Source: Nitrospina sp.
Lineage (GTDB): Bacteria > Nitrospinota > Nitrospinia > Nitrospinales > VA-1
NCBI GenBank assembly: GCA_018673915.1
Contig: JABHBK010000044.1
Location: forward strand, 86,940-150,939
Direction of reading: 5' to 3'
Length of the DNA stretch: 64,000 nucleotides
The translations under genes were made by a program, and so were the position numbers. The notes beneath the pieces were generated by a model, which worked only from the letters and a program-made list of their open reading frames with translations, was not told the origin of the DNA and searched no databases. Of this stretch, positions 41,468-52,109 are shown one piece after another (the first letter of the stretch is position 1; each line of letters opens with the position of its first letter).

Positions 41468-42372
41468 TGAAAGCCATTACTTTTAAAACTCCAGCAAAAG
41501 TAAACCTGGGGTTAAATATTCTGGGAAAGCGTGAAGACGGCTTTCATGAACTCGAAACCCTTTTTCAAATGGTCAATTGGTGTGACGAAATCAAATTGGA
41601 GTGCCTTTCGCGCGGGTTGGATCTGACCTGTAATCAACCCGAAATTCCAACAGATGATGAAAACCTAGTCATTAAAGCCGCCCATTTATTACAAATTCGT
41701 TATCCTGGTCGGTGCAAGGGGGCAAGAATCAACTTAACTAAAAATATCCCACATGGGGCTGGGTTGGGTGGGGGTAGCGGCAACGCTGCTGGAGTTTTGT
41801 TGGGTCTCAACTTTTTATGGAACCTGAATTTAAAACGAAAAGATCTGATTTTGCTGGCTTCTGAACTGGGTTCGGATGTGCCTTTTTTCCTTTTTTCTCC
41901 CTGTGCGATAGGCAGGAGTAGGGGGGAAATTCTTGAGCCAGTCAAAAATTCAATTAAGTTTTATGTTTTAATGGTTTACCCTGGGTTTCCTCTATCCACA
42001 GCTTGGGTATATGGAAATCTAAAATTGAAGTTGACAAAACAGCAAAATAATATTAGCATTTTGAAAAATTTTCTCTTGCAGTCGGAGTATGCCCAATTGG
42101 GGGCGTCTTGGAATAATGATCTAGAAGCTGTTGTATTTCAAGAGTATCCAGAGGTTTTTGGGATAAAAAAGGAGATGCTTGCTCTAGGAGCAAAAGGAGC
42201 GCTCCTGTCAGGAAGCGGTTCCACTGTATTTGGAATTTTTGACAATCTCGAAACAGCAAAAAAAGCCTATGCACGGCTGGAGGAAGAAAAATTTAAGCTT
42301 TTTTTAGCTGAAAGTATTATCAGTTTATCTGAATTATATCCTGATGAAATGTTAGCGGCCTTGTTGCCATAA
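41467..42372 (+). CDS. ispE: 4-diphosphocytidyl-2-C-methyl-D-erythritol kinase
   Basis: PAKVNLGLNILGKREDGFHELETLF; GHMP motif IPHGAGLGGGSGNAA. Confidence 0.93.
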   Translation: MKAITFKTPAKVNLGLNILGKREDGFHELETLFQMVNWCDEIKLECLSRGLDLTCNQPEIPTDDENLVIKAAHLLQIRYPGRCKGARINLTKNIPHGAGLGGGSGNAAGVLLGLNFLWNLNLKRKDLILLASELGSDVPFFLFSPCAIGRSRGEILEPVKNSIKFYVLMVYPGFPLSTAWVYGNLKLKLTKQQNNISILKNFLLQSEYAQLGASWNNDLEAVVFQEYPEVFGIKKEMLALGAKGALLSGSGSTVFGIFDNLETAKKAYARLEEEKFKLFLAESIISLSELYPDEMLAALLP

Positions 42373-42667
42373 GGTTCTCCGCATTTTGGGATGCGGTTGT
42401 TCCAGGTTTCGAGTAATAACCTGGGAGAGAAACCATATATTTGGGCAAGGTCTTTTTTTATGTTGCCTGTTGGGTTAAACACGGGTCGATTTTTAATACC
42501 TGGGTTGAAAAGCCGCGCTAGTTTGTGTGGCTCGGTGGATACTCTGTCTAGTCCAAACATACTTCCCTGAGCTTTTCCGGAAATGCTGGTTTATCCTCAA
42601 TGTGAGTTGAGGCAAGGGATTAAGCATGGGGATTCGGTTAGTAGATGCCGATTGAATCAATATACTT

Positions 42668-42743
42668 TGGGGCGTCGTCAAGTGGCTAAGACACAGGATT
42701 TTGATTCCTGCATTCGGAGGTTCGAGTCCTCCCGCCCCAGCCA
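42668..42743 (+). tRNA. tRNA-Gln (anticodon TTG), CCA encoded
   Basis: tggggcgtcgtcaagtggctaagacacaggattTTGattcctgcattcggaggttcgagtcctcccgccccagcca aligns closely with canonical bacterial tRNA-Gln. Confidence 0.93.
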
Positions 42744-42794
42744 GATTTTTTACAAGGGATTTTTTAGAAAATGTTTTCCAGAGATAATGGTCGG

Positions 42795-43736
42795 ATGCTA
42801 GTTTTTTCAGGTCGGGCAAATCCGTCTCTGGCAGAGGATATTTGTAAATACCTCGATATTCCATTGGGCGAAACGGTGATCCGCGACTTCTCCGATAAGG
42901 AGATTTATGTCCGGATTGAAGAGAATGTTCGCGGCGGAGACGTTTTTGTTATTCAGCCAACTTGTTTTCCTGGCAATACCAATTTGATGGAATTGCTGAT
43001 AATGATTGATGCCTTGCGCCGATCATCAGCAAGAAGGATTACGGCAGTAATCCCTTACTATGGTTACGCACGTCAGGACCGAAAATGCGAGCCGAGGGTG
43101 CCGATCACTTCCAAATTGGTGGCCGATATACTTGAAACAGCAGGAACAGATCGAGTATTGACGGTCGATCTTCATGCGGGACAGATACAGGGATTTTTCA
43201 ATATTCCGGTGGATCATCTGTTTGCCATGAATGTTTTGATTGATTACATCCGTAAGCTTAATCTACCGAATTTGATTGTTATTTCTCCCGATGCGGGAGG
43301 GGTGGAGCGAGCCAGGGCGTATGCTAAAAGGTTGAACACCTCTCTGGCTATCATTGATAAGCGCCGGGATATTCCTAACGAAGCCAAAGCTATGAACATC
43401 ATTGGTGACGTAAAGGGCAAGGTGGCGTTTATTGTGGACGATATGATTGACACTGCGGGAACCCTCATGGAGGCGACCGATGCATTGTTGGGGGCGGGGG
43501 CTAAAGAGGTTCATGCCTGTTGTTCCCACGCAGTTCTTTCAGGTCCTGCGGGAGAGCGGATCAGCAACTCTCCGCTTAAATCGGTGGTGACGACCAACAG
43601 CATTCCTTTGGGAGAAGGGTTGGCTAAAATCCCGAAGATTAAAGTGCTTTCGATCGCTTCATTGCTTGGAGAAGCTATTTTAAGGATTCACGAAGAAACC
43701 TCGGTCAGCTCGTTATTCGACTCAACCAAGGAATAA
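42795..43736 (+). CDS. prs: ribose-phosphate pyrophosphokinase
   Basis: [16 protein letters not shown]...; [10 protein letters not shown]; PRPP loop [12 protein letters not shown]. The ATG at 42795 is preferred over 42771. Confidence 0.93.
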   Translation: MLVFSGRANPSLAEDICKYLDIPLGETVIRDFSDKEIYVRIEENVRGGDVFVIQPTCFPGNTNLMELLIMIDALRRSSARRITAVIPYYGYARQDRKCEPRVPITSKLVADILETAGTDRVLTVDLHAGQIQGFFNIPVDHLFAMNVLIDYIRKLNLPNLIVISPDAGGVERARAYAKRLNTSLAIIDKRRDIPNEAKAMNIIGDVKGKVAFIVDDMIDTAGTLMEATDALLGAGAKEVHACCSHAVLSGPAGERISNSPLKSVVTTNSIPLGEGLAKIPKIKVLSIASLLGEAILRIHEETSVSSLFDSTKE

Positions 43737-43797
43737 AAAATCAGGCTTGTGCGTTATGGAGCGCTCATAGCATTTATCACATGAATTGGAGTTTAGA

Positions 43798-44445
43798 ATG
43801 TCTGCTCTAGCGGGAAAATTAAGAGAAGTAACCGGAAAGTCTGCGATACGAAAAATTAGAAACGATGAAACCATGCCTGCAGTGATGTATGGCTTAAAAG
43901 ACAACATCAATCTGACTGTTAACCCCAAGGAATTAAAAAAACTCCTCCTGGAAAATGGTCGTAATGCTTTGATCGAACTCAATATCGATGGAGATGCTAG
44001 CCGGAGTGTGGTGTTGAAAGAATACCAAGCTCATCCGATAAAGGCGGCTTGGTTACACGCTGATTTCCTGGAAGTTGATATCACCAAAAAAATCAGGGTC
44101 AAGGTTCCTGTTATTCTGGTAGGAGTGGCCCCAGGCGAAAAAATGGGTGGGATTGTCAATCACATCATGCGGCAATTGGAAGTAGAGAGCATTCCCAAGA
44201 ATATCCCTGAAAAAATTGAAGTTCCTATGGGTGAGCTGCAGCTCAACCAGGTAATTCATGTCTCTGATCTTGTAGTTGGAGAAAATGTGGATATCATCAA
44301 CCCCCTAGGTGAAGCGGTTGTTACTGTTCACGAAGAAAAAGTAAAAGAAGAAAAACCTGAAGGCGAAGAAGGTGAATTAGGCGAAGAGGCTGAAGCCGCC
44401 GCCGCAGCACCGGCAGATGCTGCCGCGAAGAAAGAAGACGGTTAA
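43798..44445 (+). CDS. rplY: 50S ribosomal protein L25, Ctc form
   Basis: LREVTGKSAIRKIRNDETMPAVMYG, two-domain length, Glu/Ala-rich tail, and the conserved position before pth. Confidence 0.9.
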   Translation: MSALAGKLREVTGKSAIRKIRNDETMPAVMYGLKDNINLTVNPKELKKLLLENGRNALIELNIDGDASRSVVLKEYQAHPIKAAWLHADFLEVDITKKIRVKVPVILVGVAPGEKMGGIVNHIMRQLEVESIPKNIPEKIEVPMGELQLNQVIHVSDLVVGENVDIINPLGEAVVTVHEEKVKEEKPEGEEGELGEEAEAAAAAPADAAAKKEDG

Positions 44446-44453
44446 AATAAAAG

Positions 44454-45008
44454 GTGTTTTTGATTTTGGGTCTGGGCAATCCCGGGCCACGCTATGAACT
44501 GACACGGCACAATGCGGGTTTTTGGGTGGCAGATAACCTGGCCGAAAAATACAACATTCGGCTGGACCGCCACAAATACTCCTCTTTGTATGGCAAAGGG
44601 GAAGTTGAAGGGCTCGAGGTTGTTATAGCGAAGCCGATGACTTATATGAATGAAAGCGGAAAAGCGGCCAAGTCGCTACTTTCCGCTTTTAGTCTTTCAC
44701 CAGAGCGAATGCTGGTGATTCATGACGACATCGACCTTCCCCTTGGCAAGATTAAAAAAAAGCTCAAAGGGGGCGATGGCGGGCAACGAGGAATTCGATC
44801 AACGATTCAATCTATACGAACCAGGGAATTTGCGCGAGTTCGAGTAGGAATCGGTAGGCCCGAAGATAAAGATGACATTGTTGATTATGTATTGTCCCCA
44901 TTTGATAAAGAAGATTCGGGTCTGTTAAACGAGGCTATGGAACAAGCGGTGCAAACGGTGGAAGCGGCGCTCAAAGAACTCAATAAAGAAAAATCAACGG
45001 AGGATTGA
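44454..45008 (+). CDS. pth: peptidyl-tRNA hydrolase
   Basis: [23 protein letters not shown] start. Confidence 0.93.
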   Translation: MFLILGLGNPGPRYELTRHNAGFWVADNLAEKYNIRLDRHKYSSLYGKGEVEGLEVVIAKPMTYMNESGKAAKSLLSAFSLSPERMLVIHDDIDLPLGKIKKKLKGGDGGQRGIRSTIQSIRTREFARVRVGIGRPEDKDDIVDYVLSPFDKEDSGLLNEAMEQAVQTVEAALKELNKEKSTED

Positions 45009-47089
45009 AAAGAATGTTATCGGAACATAAAGGAGAAATGCTCTTCATCGGCTTTGCCATGGTTTTATACCTGGTGATGGCCGCTTTAGATGTGTCGCAG
45101 AATTTTGTTTATCTGGCGGTTTTATTTGGGTTGTTCGGACTCATCATAGCCTGGAAACTTTTTGAAAGCGTTGATGATGAACCGGCAGGTAATGAAAAAA
45201 TGACCGAAATTGCCGATGCCATCCATGAAGGAGCAATGGTTTTTCTTTCCAGAGAATATAAAATGCTTGGCTATTTTGTCGGCGGAGTATTTATTCTGTT
45301 GTTGATTTTGATTTCCATGCAAAATGGCTTGTGGATGGGTTTCTGGACTGCAGTTTCCTATGCAGTAGGAGCCGGGTGTTCCATGCTAGCCGGATTTTTC
45401 GGCATGAATGCAGCTACGACCTCTGGCGTTAGAACGTCTCAGGCCGCTTCAGATGGGGGCCAGGCGAAAGCTCTTAACATTGCCTTCAATGGCGGTGCAG
45501 TTATGGGCCTTTGTGTAGCGAGTTTGGGTCTGATTGGTGTTGGGGGATTATTTGCTCTGTTTGGTCGAGGAGATTCCATCGGTGTCATCAGTGGATTCGC
45601 CATGGGTGCCAGTTCCATTGCATTGTTCGCACGTGTCGGTGGCGGTATCTATACTAAAACCGCAGATGTAGGTTCTGATCTGGTGGGTAAAGTAGAAGCT
45701 GGAATTCCCGAAGATGACCCAAGGAACCCAGGAGTCATTGCCGATAATGTTGGAGATTGCGTCGGCGATACAGCGGGTCTGGGCGCGGATATATTTGAGT
45801 CTTATTGTGGTTCCATGATTGCGACGATTGCTCTTGGCGCAAGTATGGCCACTTTGAGCTTCGAATACATGGCTCTGCCGCTTCTGGTGGCGATGGTAGG
45901 CCTGGTGGCGTCTGTGTTGGGCATCCGGGCTATGGCCTCTTTAGGAAATATGGATCCTTCTGCCGCTCTCCGCAATGTTACTTTTATCAGTGCGGGAGCC
46001 ATGTTGTTTGTCTCTTTTTTCTTAATTAAAGTTATGGGCTTGCCTTCAGGAGTTTTTATCGCTCTGCTGTTTGGTTGTCTGGCAGGCATTGGTATCGGAC
46101 TGATTACGGAATATTATACGGCTGGCTCGCCTGTTGTTAAAATAGCAGAGGCCAGTAAGACAGGTGTTGCAACCGTGATGATTACGGGTTTGGCTGTTGC
46201 CATGGAAAGTTGTGTTATACCTGTCTTGATCATAGCGTTGACGATTTTTGTGAGTGCCGATTTCGCCGGCCTTTACGGAGTAGCTCTTGCAGCAGTAGGT
46301 ATGCTGGCGACAGTGGGAATCACCATGTCTGTGGATGCCTACGGACCCATTGCAGATAATGCTGGTGGAATCTCTGAAATGGCAGGACTTGGAGAAGAGA
46401 CCCGTAAAATCACCGATGGTCTGGATCAGGTGGGTAACACCACTGCGGCGATTGGTAAAGGTTTTGCCATTGGTTCTGCGGCTTTAACTGCGTTAGCATT
46501 GTTTGCGGCCTTCACTCAGGCGGCCAACATCGATTCTATTGATGTTACCCAAACGAAGGTTATCATCGGAGTTTTTATAGGTGGGGTGATTCCCTTCTAC
46601 GTAGCTGCTCTAACCATGAATTCAGTGGGCGATGCGGCCATGGTCATGGTTGAAGAAATCCGCCGTCAATTCCGCGAGATTCCAGGGTTGATGGAAGGTA
46701 CCGGAAAACCTGATAGCGCACGTTGTATTGATATCAGTACTCAAGCGGCTTTGAGAGAAATGGTAGGACCGGGTGTGGTGGCTTTTCTCGCTCCAATCAT
46801 TGTTGGTTTTTCACTAGGTGCAGAGGCGTTGGGTGGAATGCTGATGGGTGCAACACTTACCGGTGTTTTGCTGGCACTGTTTATGTCTAACGGTGGTGGT
46901 GCCTGGGACAATGCAAAAAAATATGTGGAAGCAGGAGCATTGGGCGGTAAAGGTTCCCCTGCTCACCACGCTACAGTAGTTGGTGATACAGTTGGAGATC
47001 CATTGAAAGATACTTCTGGACCAGCGATGAATATTTTGATCAAGCTGATGTCTATCGTTTCTCTGGTGATGGCGCCATTATTATTGTAA
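45005..47089 (+). CDS. hppA: membrane-bound pyrophosphatase (K+-dependent type by motif)
   Basis: [45 protein letters not shown] and [14 protein letters not shown]. The Ala in GNTTAA is the residue that, as I recall, marks K+-dependent enzymes. Start is the TTG at 45005 or the ATG at 45014. Confidence 0.93.
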   Translation: MKRMLSEHKGEMLFIGFAMVLYLVMAALDVSQNFVYLAVLFGLFGLIIAWKLFESVDDEPAGNEKMTEIADAIHEGAMVFLSREYKMLGYFVGGVFILLLILISMQNGLWMGFWTAVSYAVGAGCSMLAGFFGMNAATTSGVRTSQAASDGGQAKALNIAFNGGAVMGLCVASLGLIGVGGLFALFGRGDSIGVISGFAMGASSIALFARVGGGIYTKTADVGSDLVGKVEAGIPEDDPRNPGVIADNVGDCVGDTAGLGADIFESYCGSMIATIALGASMATLSFEYMALPLLVAMVGLVASVLGIRAMASLGNMDPSAALRNVTFISAGAMLFVSFFLIKVMGLPSGVFIALLFGCLAGIGIGLITEYYTAGSPVVKIAEASKTGVATVMITGLAVAMESCVIPVLIIALTIFVSADFAGLYGVALAAVGMLATVGITMSVDAYGPIADNAGGISEMAGLGEETRKITDGLDQVGNTTAAIGKGFAIGSAALTALALFAAFTQAANIDSIDVTQTKVIIGVFIGGVIPFYVAALTMNSVGDAAMVMVEEIRRQFREIPGLMEGTGKPDSARCIDISTQAALREMVGPGVVAFLAPIIVGFSLGAEALGGMLMGATLTGVLLALFMSNGGGAWDNAKKYVEAGALGGKGSPAHHATVVGDTVGDPLKDTSGPAMNILIKLMSIVSLVMAPLLL

Positions 47090-47110
47090 TCAAAACAAGA
47101 TTCTATTAAA

Positions 47111-47145
47111 GGGATGGGGGTTAGCCCCCATCCCTTTTTCTTTTT
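47111..47145 (+). terminator. intrinsic terminator of hppA
   Basis: gggatggggg-ttag-cccccatccc is a perfect 10-bp stem, followed by tttttcttttt. Confidence 0.85.
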
Positions 47146-47161
47146 AGAAGGAAACTCTTTC

Positions 47162-47944
47162 TTGCTACTGGGAATTCACGATTTTATAAATTCACAACCA
47201 CTTTTGGGTCCATTGATGAAGCGGGCTTCAGAGGCGGGATTAGAAATCAAGACGGGTTCTCCAGCACAGTTGGCGGAACAATTATCTGACGGAAAGCTGG
47301 ATATGGCTATGATTCCCGCCATTGAATATCTAAAACAGGCTGACCACTTACGATTACTGCCCAATGTCTCTATTTCCTCCCGAGGCAAGGTAGGGACTGT
47401 TTTACTGGTTTCCAAGGTCCCACTTAACACTATCCATTCCCTGGCACTGGACAACCGCTCAAGGACTTCTGTTGCGCTGCTTCACATCCTTTACTCAAAA
47501 GTGTTTCCGGCAGGACTCAAACTTTCTCGACTAGAACCTGATGCGGAAAAGATGCTCTCCCAGCACGATGCCGCGTTGATTATAGGTGACCAGGCTTTGG
47601 GCTTTTCTAAAGAAGGTGCGTCGATTTATGACCTCAGCGAAGAATGGTTTAAGCAGACAGAGAAAACTTTTGTTCACGCAGTGATCGCGGTTCGGGAAGG
47701 CATTAAAGAGGGAATCGTTCAAACTCTGATGGATGCCAAGCAAGAAGGACTGCAAAACCTGGATAGGATCGCGCAGACTCAGGAAAAAATAACTGGCCAC
47801 CCCTTATTTTTATTACAGGATTATCTCAAGAACAAAATCCGTTACGATTTCGGACAAGAAGAGATGGAAGGTCTCATGCATTTTCAGTCCCTTTGCCATG
47901 AGGCTGGCCTGGTCTCGAAAAAATTTCCTTTAAGGTTCGTATAA
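47162..47944 (+). CDS. mqnA: chorismate dehydratase-like protein of the futalosine pathway (MqnA family)
   Basis: [15 protein letters not shown]...[12 protein letters not shown]...[19 protein letters not shown] matches the MqnA/periplasmic-binding-like pattern. The ORF-track start at 47114 lies inside the hppA terminator hairpin, so the in-frame TTG at 47162 was chosen. Confidence 0.72.
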   Translation: MLLGIHDFINSQPLLGPLMKRASEAGLEIKTGSPAQLAEQLSDGKLDMAMIPAIEYLKQADHLRLLPNVSISSRGKVGTVLLVSKVPLNTIHSLALDNRSRTSVALLHILYSKVFPAGLKLSRLEPDAEKMLSQHDAALIIGDQALGFSKEGASIYDLSEEWFKQTEKTFVHAVIAVREGIKEGIVQTLMDAKQEGLQNLDRIAQTQEKITGHPLFLLQDYLKNKIRYDFGQEEMEGLMHFQSLCHEAGLVSKKFPLRFV

Positions 47945-47967
47945 AGGACAAAAATATAAAGTTTAGC

Positions 47968-48759
47968 TCAAAATTTCTGTATATAATCCCTGCCCAAATT
48001 AAAACCATCCTTTATCAATTCACCCAATTTCTGGATCGAAGATTCTATGAAGTCGAGGTATGCCTGAACGGCTTCATCACGTGCTGCAATTGGTTCTGTA
48101 GATTCCGTTGAGGAAGGCTCCTCATAGTTAGACGGTAAAATCGTATTCGACTCTGAGGTTGTTTCTTGTGCTTCGGTTACCTCGGTAACTATTTCGGGTT
48201 CTTCAATTTCTACCTCTTTGTGCAAATCTATTTCCTCTTCTGGTTCTGCATCAGGAGTGAGATCAAAATTATTTCCAGAGATCCGGGTTGAGGGAACAGG
48301 CTCAGCAGGGCCCCCACTGATATGGACTGCATCCTGATTTGTTGTGGCAATAGGCACCGGTATCTCAGAATCTTTTTCAGGGACGATTCTGGTATCGGCG
48401 ATCTCGACGAGCTCTTCCTCAATAGCTAGAGGGGTTGGCGATACTTCGGCTACCAAGGCAGAGGATTTCGGTGGAGTAGATTTTGGAGAGATCAGATTTA
48501 AAAATTCAGCGGGAACGAGATTATTAAGATATAAATACCCGCCCGAGCCGAAGAGAAAAAGGACTATGAATATAAAGATTGCTCCCGCTCTGGATTTTTT
48601 TTTCTCTTCTGGCGGCAGAACCTCTCCTTCCTGCTCCTCAAATTCTGTTTCTGTATCACTGTTTAAAGAATCCTCTTCTGAGAGAAAGAGCTCCGGCCCC
48701 TGAGAATCTTGAGAATTCTCATTCTTTGGAGAGTCTGAATCTGCATTCGGATCATTCAT
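47968..48759 (-). CDS. hypothetical acidic single-pass membrane protein
   Basis: 263 codons. Acidic N-terminus, one TM segment (AGAIFIFIVLFLFGSGGYLYL), then a Pro/Glu/Thr-rich region. Confidence 0.5.
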   Translation of the reverse strand: MNDPNADSDSPKNENSQDSQGPELFLSEEDSLNSDTETEFEEQEGEVLPPEEKKKSRAGAIFIFIVLFLFGSGGYLYLNNLVPAEFLNLISPKSTPPKSSALVAEVSPTPLAIEEELVEIADTRIVPEKDSEIPVPIATTNQDAVHISGGPAEPVPSTRISGNNFDLTPDAEPEEEIDLHKEVEIEEPEIVTEVTEAQETTSESNTILPSNYEEPSSTESTEPIAARDEAVQAYLDFIESSIQKLGELIKDGFNLGRDYIQKF

Positions 48760-48943
48760 AGAAAAATCAGGCTTATCAATTAAGGAAGGGGGAAATATTC
48801 ATCTTGCAATAGCCATCGTTCGCTCCCTGACACTTTGACTTTTTCCCAGTGGCCCACTCCCGTAGGAGAGGACTAACAATATCTCATTAAGCTGAACCAA
48901 TTTTGCTAGCCAATGAAAGTTTTTGCTCGCAACCACTGGCCTG

Positions 48944-49822
48944 CTAGTGGATGATTTTATTTAAGGGATATTCTACGATATCTTCAGCGCCAGCGTTTTT
49001 AAGGTCGGGAACAATATCTCGTACCAGCTTTTCTTCCAGGATCACATTCACGGCTACCCAGCCCTTATCATTGAGTTCGGAGATAGTGGGTTTTTTCCCG
49101 GGCGGAAATGTTTTCATAATTGCTTCGAGATTATCTTTCGGCGCGTTGAGCATCAGTCCTACCCTACCGTTTGCGGCCATGGCTCCCTGTAGCATCAAAA
49201 TAAGGCGGTCAACTTTATTCCTTTTCCACTTATCCTGACTGGCTTCTTTGTTCATAATGAAACGGGTGGTTGACTCCATCAAGGTATCCACAATGCGAAG
49301 ATTGTTGGCCTTGAGAGAAGACCCTGTTTCCGTGACCTCAACAATGGCATCTACCAGTTTGGGGGCTTTAACTTCTGTCGCTCCCCAGGAAAACTCAACA
49401 TTGGCCGTCACGCCCTTGTCTTTCAGCCAGTCTGTGGTGAGATTCACCACTTCGGTGGCAATTCGTTTTCCCTGAAGATCTTTAACGGATTGAATATGAG
49501 AATCGTTGGGGACGCATAGTACCCAGCGTACGGGTTTGGCAGAGACTTTTGAATAAACCAGAGGCGCGATCTCTTCGACATCGACTCTATTTTCGAGAAT
49601 CCAGTCTTTACCCGTTAGCCCTGCATCCAACACTCCATCGGCCACATAGCGCGCTATTTCCTGGGCACGGATCAGCATGCATTCGATTTCTTCATCATCG
49701 ATACTGGGGAAATAGGATCGGCTTTTAATGCGAATGTTATAACCGGCCCGCGCAAAAAGTTTGACCGTTGCCTCTTCCAGGCTTCCTTTGGGAATTCCTA
49801 ACTTCAATACGTTACCACTCAT
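48944..49822 (-). CDS. hisG: ATP phosphoribosyltransferase, long form
   Basis: [18 protein letters not shown]...DAGLTGKDW...ETGSSLKAN. At 292 aa it includes the C-terminal regulatory domain. Confidence 0.93.
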   Translation of the reverse strand: MSGNVLKLGIPKGSLEEATVKLFARAGYNIRIKSRSYFPSIDDEEIECMLIRAQEIARYVADGVLDAGLTGKDWILENRVDVEEIAPLVYSKVSAKPVRWVLCVPNDSHIQSVKDLQGKRIATEVVNLTTDWLKDKGVTANVEFSWGATEVKAPKLVDAIVEVTETGSSLKANNLRIVDTLMESTTRFIMNKEASQDKWKRNKVDRLILMLQGAMAANGRVGLMLNAPKDNLEAIMKTFPPGKKPTISELNDKGWVAVNVILEEKLVRDIVPDLKNAGAEDIVEYPLNKIIH

Positions 49823-49869
49823 GGATTGTCTTCTTTCTTAATAGATGAATTAAAAATGCCCACTAGGCG

Positions 49870-49890
49870 CCAGCGTGACGCTGGACTCAA
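49870..49890. repeat. CCAGCGTGACGCTGGACTCAA 21-mer, copy 1
   Basis: Exact 21-nt identity with 55330-55350. The first 15 nt are palindromic around a central base. Confidence 0.85.
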
Positions 49891-50012
49891 TGGGAATAAA
49901 TTTTATTGGCTGACGAGAGTACTGGCGACCCAAAGAGTCAAATAAGCCGAGCTAGTTCTTTGCTAGCCAAATAGGGTTATTACCCCTCAGGTGGCCCCAC
50001 GCCGAGGGGGGG

Positions 50013-50384
50013 TTATTTTTTATAAACTTTTTCCGGGTCGAAAACTTTCTCTTCGATGACTTTCACGTCACCATTGACTTTCCTGAAAAAACAACTGTTG
50101 TATCCTTTATGGCAGGCGGCCTTGCCAACCTGCTCCACTTTCAGCAGAACGGTGTCGTCATCACAATCGACAAAAACTTCCTTGACGATCTGCACATTGC
50201 CACTTTCTTCACCTTTCATCCATTGCTTGTCACGAGAACGACTGTAAAACCATGCTTTTCCTGTTTCCAGAGTCTTTTCCCAAGCGATTGGGTTCATGTA
50301 AGCCAACATCAGAACTTTTCCTGTTTCTGCATCCTGAATGATGGCTGGAACCAGCCCGCCCATTTTATCAAAATCCAATTTCAT
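50013..50384 (-). CDS. hisI: phosphoribosyl-AMP cyclohydrolase (monofunctional)
   Basis: [22 protein letters not shown]...[16 protein letters not shown]...[13 protein letters not shown]. Confidence 0.93.
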   Translation of the reverse strand: MKLDFDKMGGLVPAIIQDAETGKVLMLAYMNPIAWEKTLETGKAWFYSRSRDKQWMKGEESGNVQIVKEVFVDCDDDTVLLKVEQVGKAACHKGYNSCFFRKVNGDVKVIEEKVFDPEKVYKK

Positions 50385-50711
50385 AAATCTCCTCCAATAC
50401 GTCTTTTAAGGCCAAAAAAATGCGCAAATATCCTACGATTCATTATTTATTGAATCAAGAACTAAACCCCTAAAAATCCTCCAATTAAGGGAGAAAATTT
50501 AAATAGCACATTTATTTTATAGGGTAAAAATCCCAATAAATACGGGCTACGGGTGAAGTTACGAAATTTAAAATATAATTGATTTTCTGTCAACCTTATA
50601 ATAGCCTGTTTGAAATCGAATTAGTCGTTTTTTTTGTTTGTTTCGCTAATTTACCCTTTTGAATTGTTGGGGATGATTAGAACGATTGCATCTTAAGCTA
50701 AAGGGGATTTA

Positions 50712-51332
50712 ATGCCTTCAATTACGCATTTTGAAATTTATAAACCCGCAGAACCGTGTAGTTATACCGGTGAAAAATTGCGGGAAATCATGGATAAAGT
50801 AATTTCCGAAACTCTGACTCCAGACGGTAAAGAGTTGAACTTGAAAGGCTATTGCGTTGGACCGAATGGCATGACGATCATTTCTCGGGATGAACGGGTT
50901 GCGAAAGTACGACGGTTTAACTGTGGAGGCAACCGCATCGGTAATGAAGGGGTCAAACTTCTGGCTGAGTCTGAGTTGTTTTCCAAGGTCAATTGGCTGG
51001 AACTGGGAGGTAACGATATTGGGCCGGAAGGCCTCAGAGCGTTGGTGAACTCCAAAACATTATTAAAGGTTAAATCTCTTAATTTATACCGAAATGCTAT
51101 TAAAGATGAAGGGGCAATTATTTTTGCCAATGAAAACCAGTTAGAAAAAATTGAGGATTTGGACCTGGCCCAAAACGAAATTGGGGATGAAGGCATTTTG
51201 GCCCTTTCCCAATCGAAAAAACTTCCTGATCTGGTTAGCATCGCTTTGGACAATAATTTTTCCTCCACGGAAGGAAAAGAGGAAGCCAAGGTAGGTCCCA
51301 ACTTTAAAAAGCTTCAATCTCTAAACCTGTAA
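50712..51332 (+). CDS. leucine-rich-repeat protein, ribonuclease-inhibitor (RNI) type
   Basis: Five to six repeats of about 28 residues: L.L..N.IG.EG...LA (CGGNRIGNEGVKLLAES, LGGNDIGPEGLRALVNS, LYRNAIKDEGAIIFANE, LAQNEIGDEGILALSQS). Confidence 0.8.
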   Translation: MPSITHFEIYKPAEPCSYTGEKLREIMDKVISETLTPDGKELNLKGYCVGPNGMTIISRDERVAKVRRFNCGGNRIGNEGVKLLAESELFSKVNWLELGGNDIGPEGLRALVNSKTLLKVKSLNLYRNAIKDEGAIIFANENQLEKIEDLDLAQNEIGDEGILALSQSKKLPDLVSIALDNNFSSTEGKEEAKVGPNFKKLQSLNL

Positions 51333-51343
51333 TTTAAAATCCT

Positions 51344-51916
51344 ATGCCAGCGCACAATGAAAAGTATGGGAAAGGTTTTTTCCTGATTGCTAATCCCGTA
51401 TTGCCGGACCCAAATTTTTCTCGTACGGTCGTATTATTATGCAATCATGATGATCAAGGTTCATTTGGCTTGGTTATTAACCGGCCTGCCCCGATCAGTG
51501 CTAAAGAAGTTTTTGAGGAAATGGGGGTATCAGACTCCCCATCCGGGAAAATTTTTATCGGAGGCCCCGTTTCCCCCTCGCAAGTGTTTTACCTTTGCCA
51601 GTCAAAAACACCTTTGCCGGAATTGGATGCCGTCTGCGATGGGGTTTACATGGGATTAAGCTGGGAACTCCTGGATAACCTAATGATGCGGATTGAAGAT
51701 CCGGAAAAAAATATCAGGTTTTATATGGGTTATTCCGGTTGGGGAGCAGGCCAACTTGAGGGCGAAATGACCCGGCTTAGTTGGTTGACCTGTGAGGCTC
51801 AGAGCGATTTTATTTTTCAGGAAAATGAAGAGGGCATATGGGCCAACGCCGTGAAGTCTATGGGAAAAGATTACGAATACCTGATTAAAGCCCCTGTCAA
51901 CCCGCAATGGAACTAG
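51344..51916 (+). CDS. YqgE/AlgH-family protein (DUF179)
   Basis: GFFLIANPVLPDPNFSRTVVLLCNHDDQGSFGLVINRP; GGPV; GYSGWGAGQLE. Confidence 0.88.
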   Translation: MPAHNEKYGKGFFLIANPVLPDPNFSRTVVLLCNHDDQGSFGLVINRPAPISAKEVFEEMGVSDSPSGKIFIGGPVSPSQVFYLCQSKTPLPELDAVCDGVYMGLSWELLDNLMMRIEDPEKNIRFYMGYSGWGAGQLEGEMTRLSWLTCEAQSDFIFQENEEGIWANAVKSMGKDYEYLIKAPVNPQWN

Positions 51917-52109
51917 CCGCTAGGCGTGGGATTAATAAGCAATTGCTTTTTTGGATTTGCAAAGAGCTATCTCGAATCAACGAGTCTTTGATACCTGCCC
52001 CCCATGCTAAGAGGTTCTGGCTGGCGTGTGATAATTTTTTCTGGCGGGCAATTAGTTTTGGTGGCTTGTTGGGATTTTGCTCTATCCCCTCCCACGGGAG
52101 TGGAGCTCT

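Noticed and set aside
42267-42864. Minus-strand ORFs 42267-42560 and 42493-42864.
   Set aside because: The second overlaps tRNA-Gln and the prs start, and the first lies in the ispE 3' end and spacer. Neither has motifs, so they are probably spurious. The 295-nt ispE to tRNA-Gln spacer showed no ncRNA signature I could recognise.
47114-47161. ORF-track start of the mqnA-like gene.
   Set aside because: It lies within the perfect terminator hairpin of hppA, so the start was moved to the in-frame TTG at 47162.
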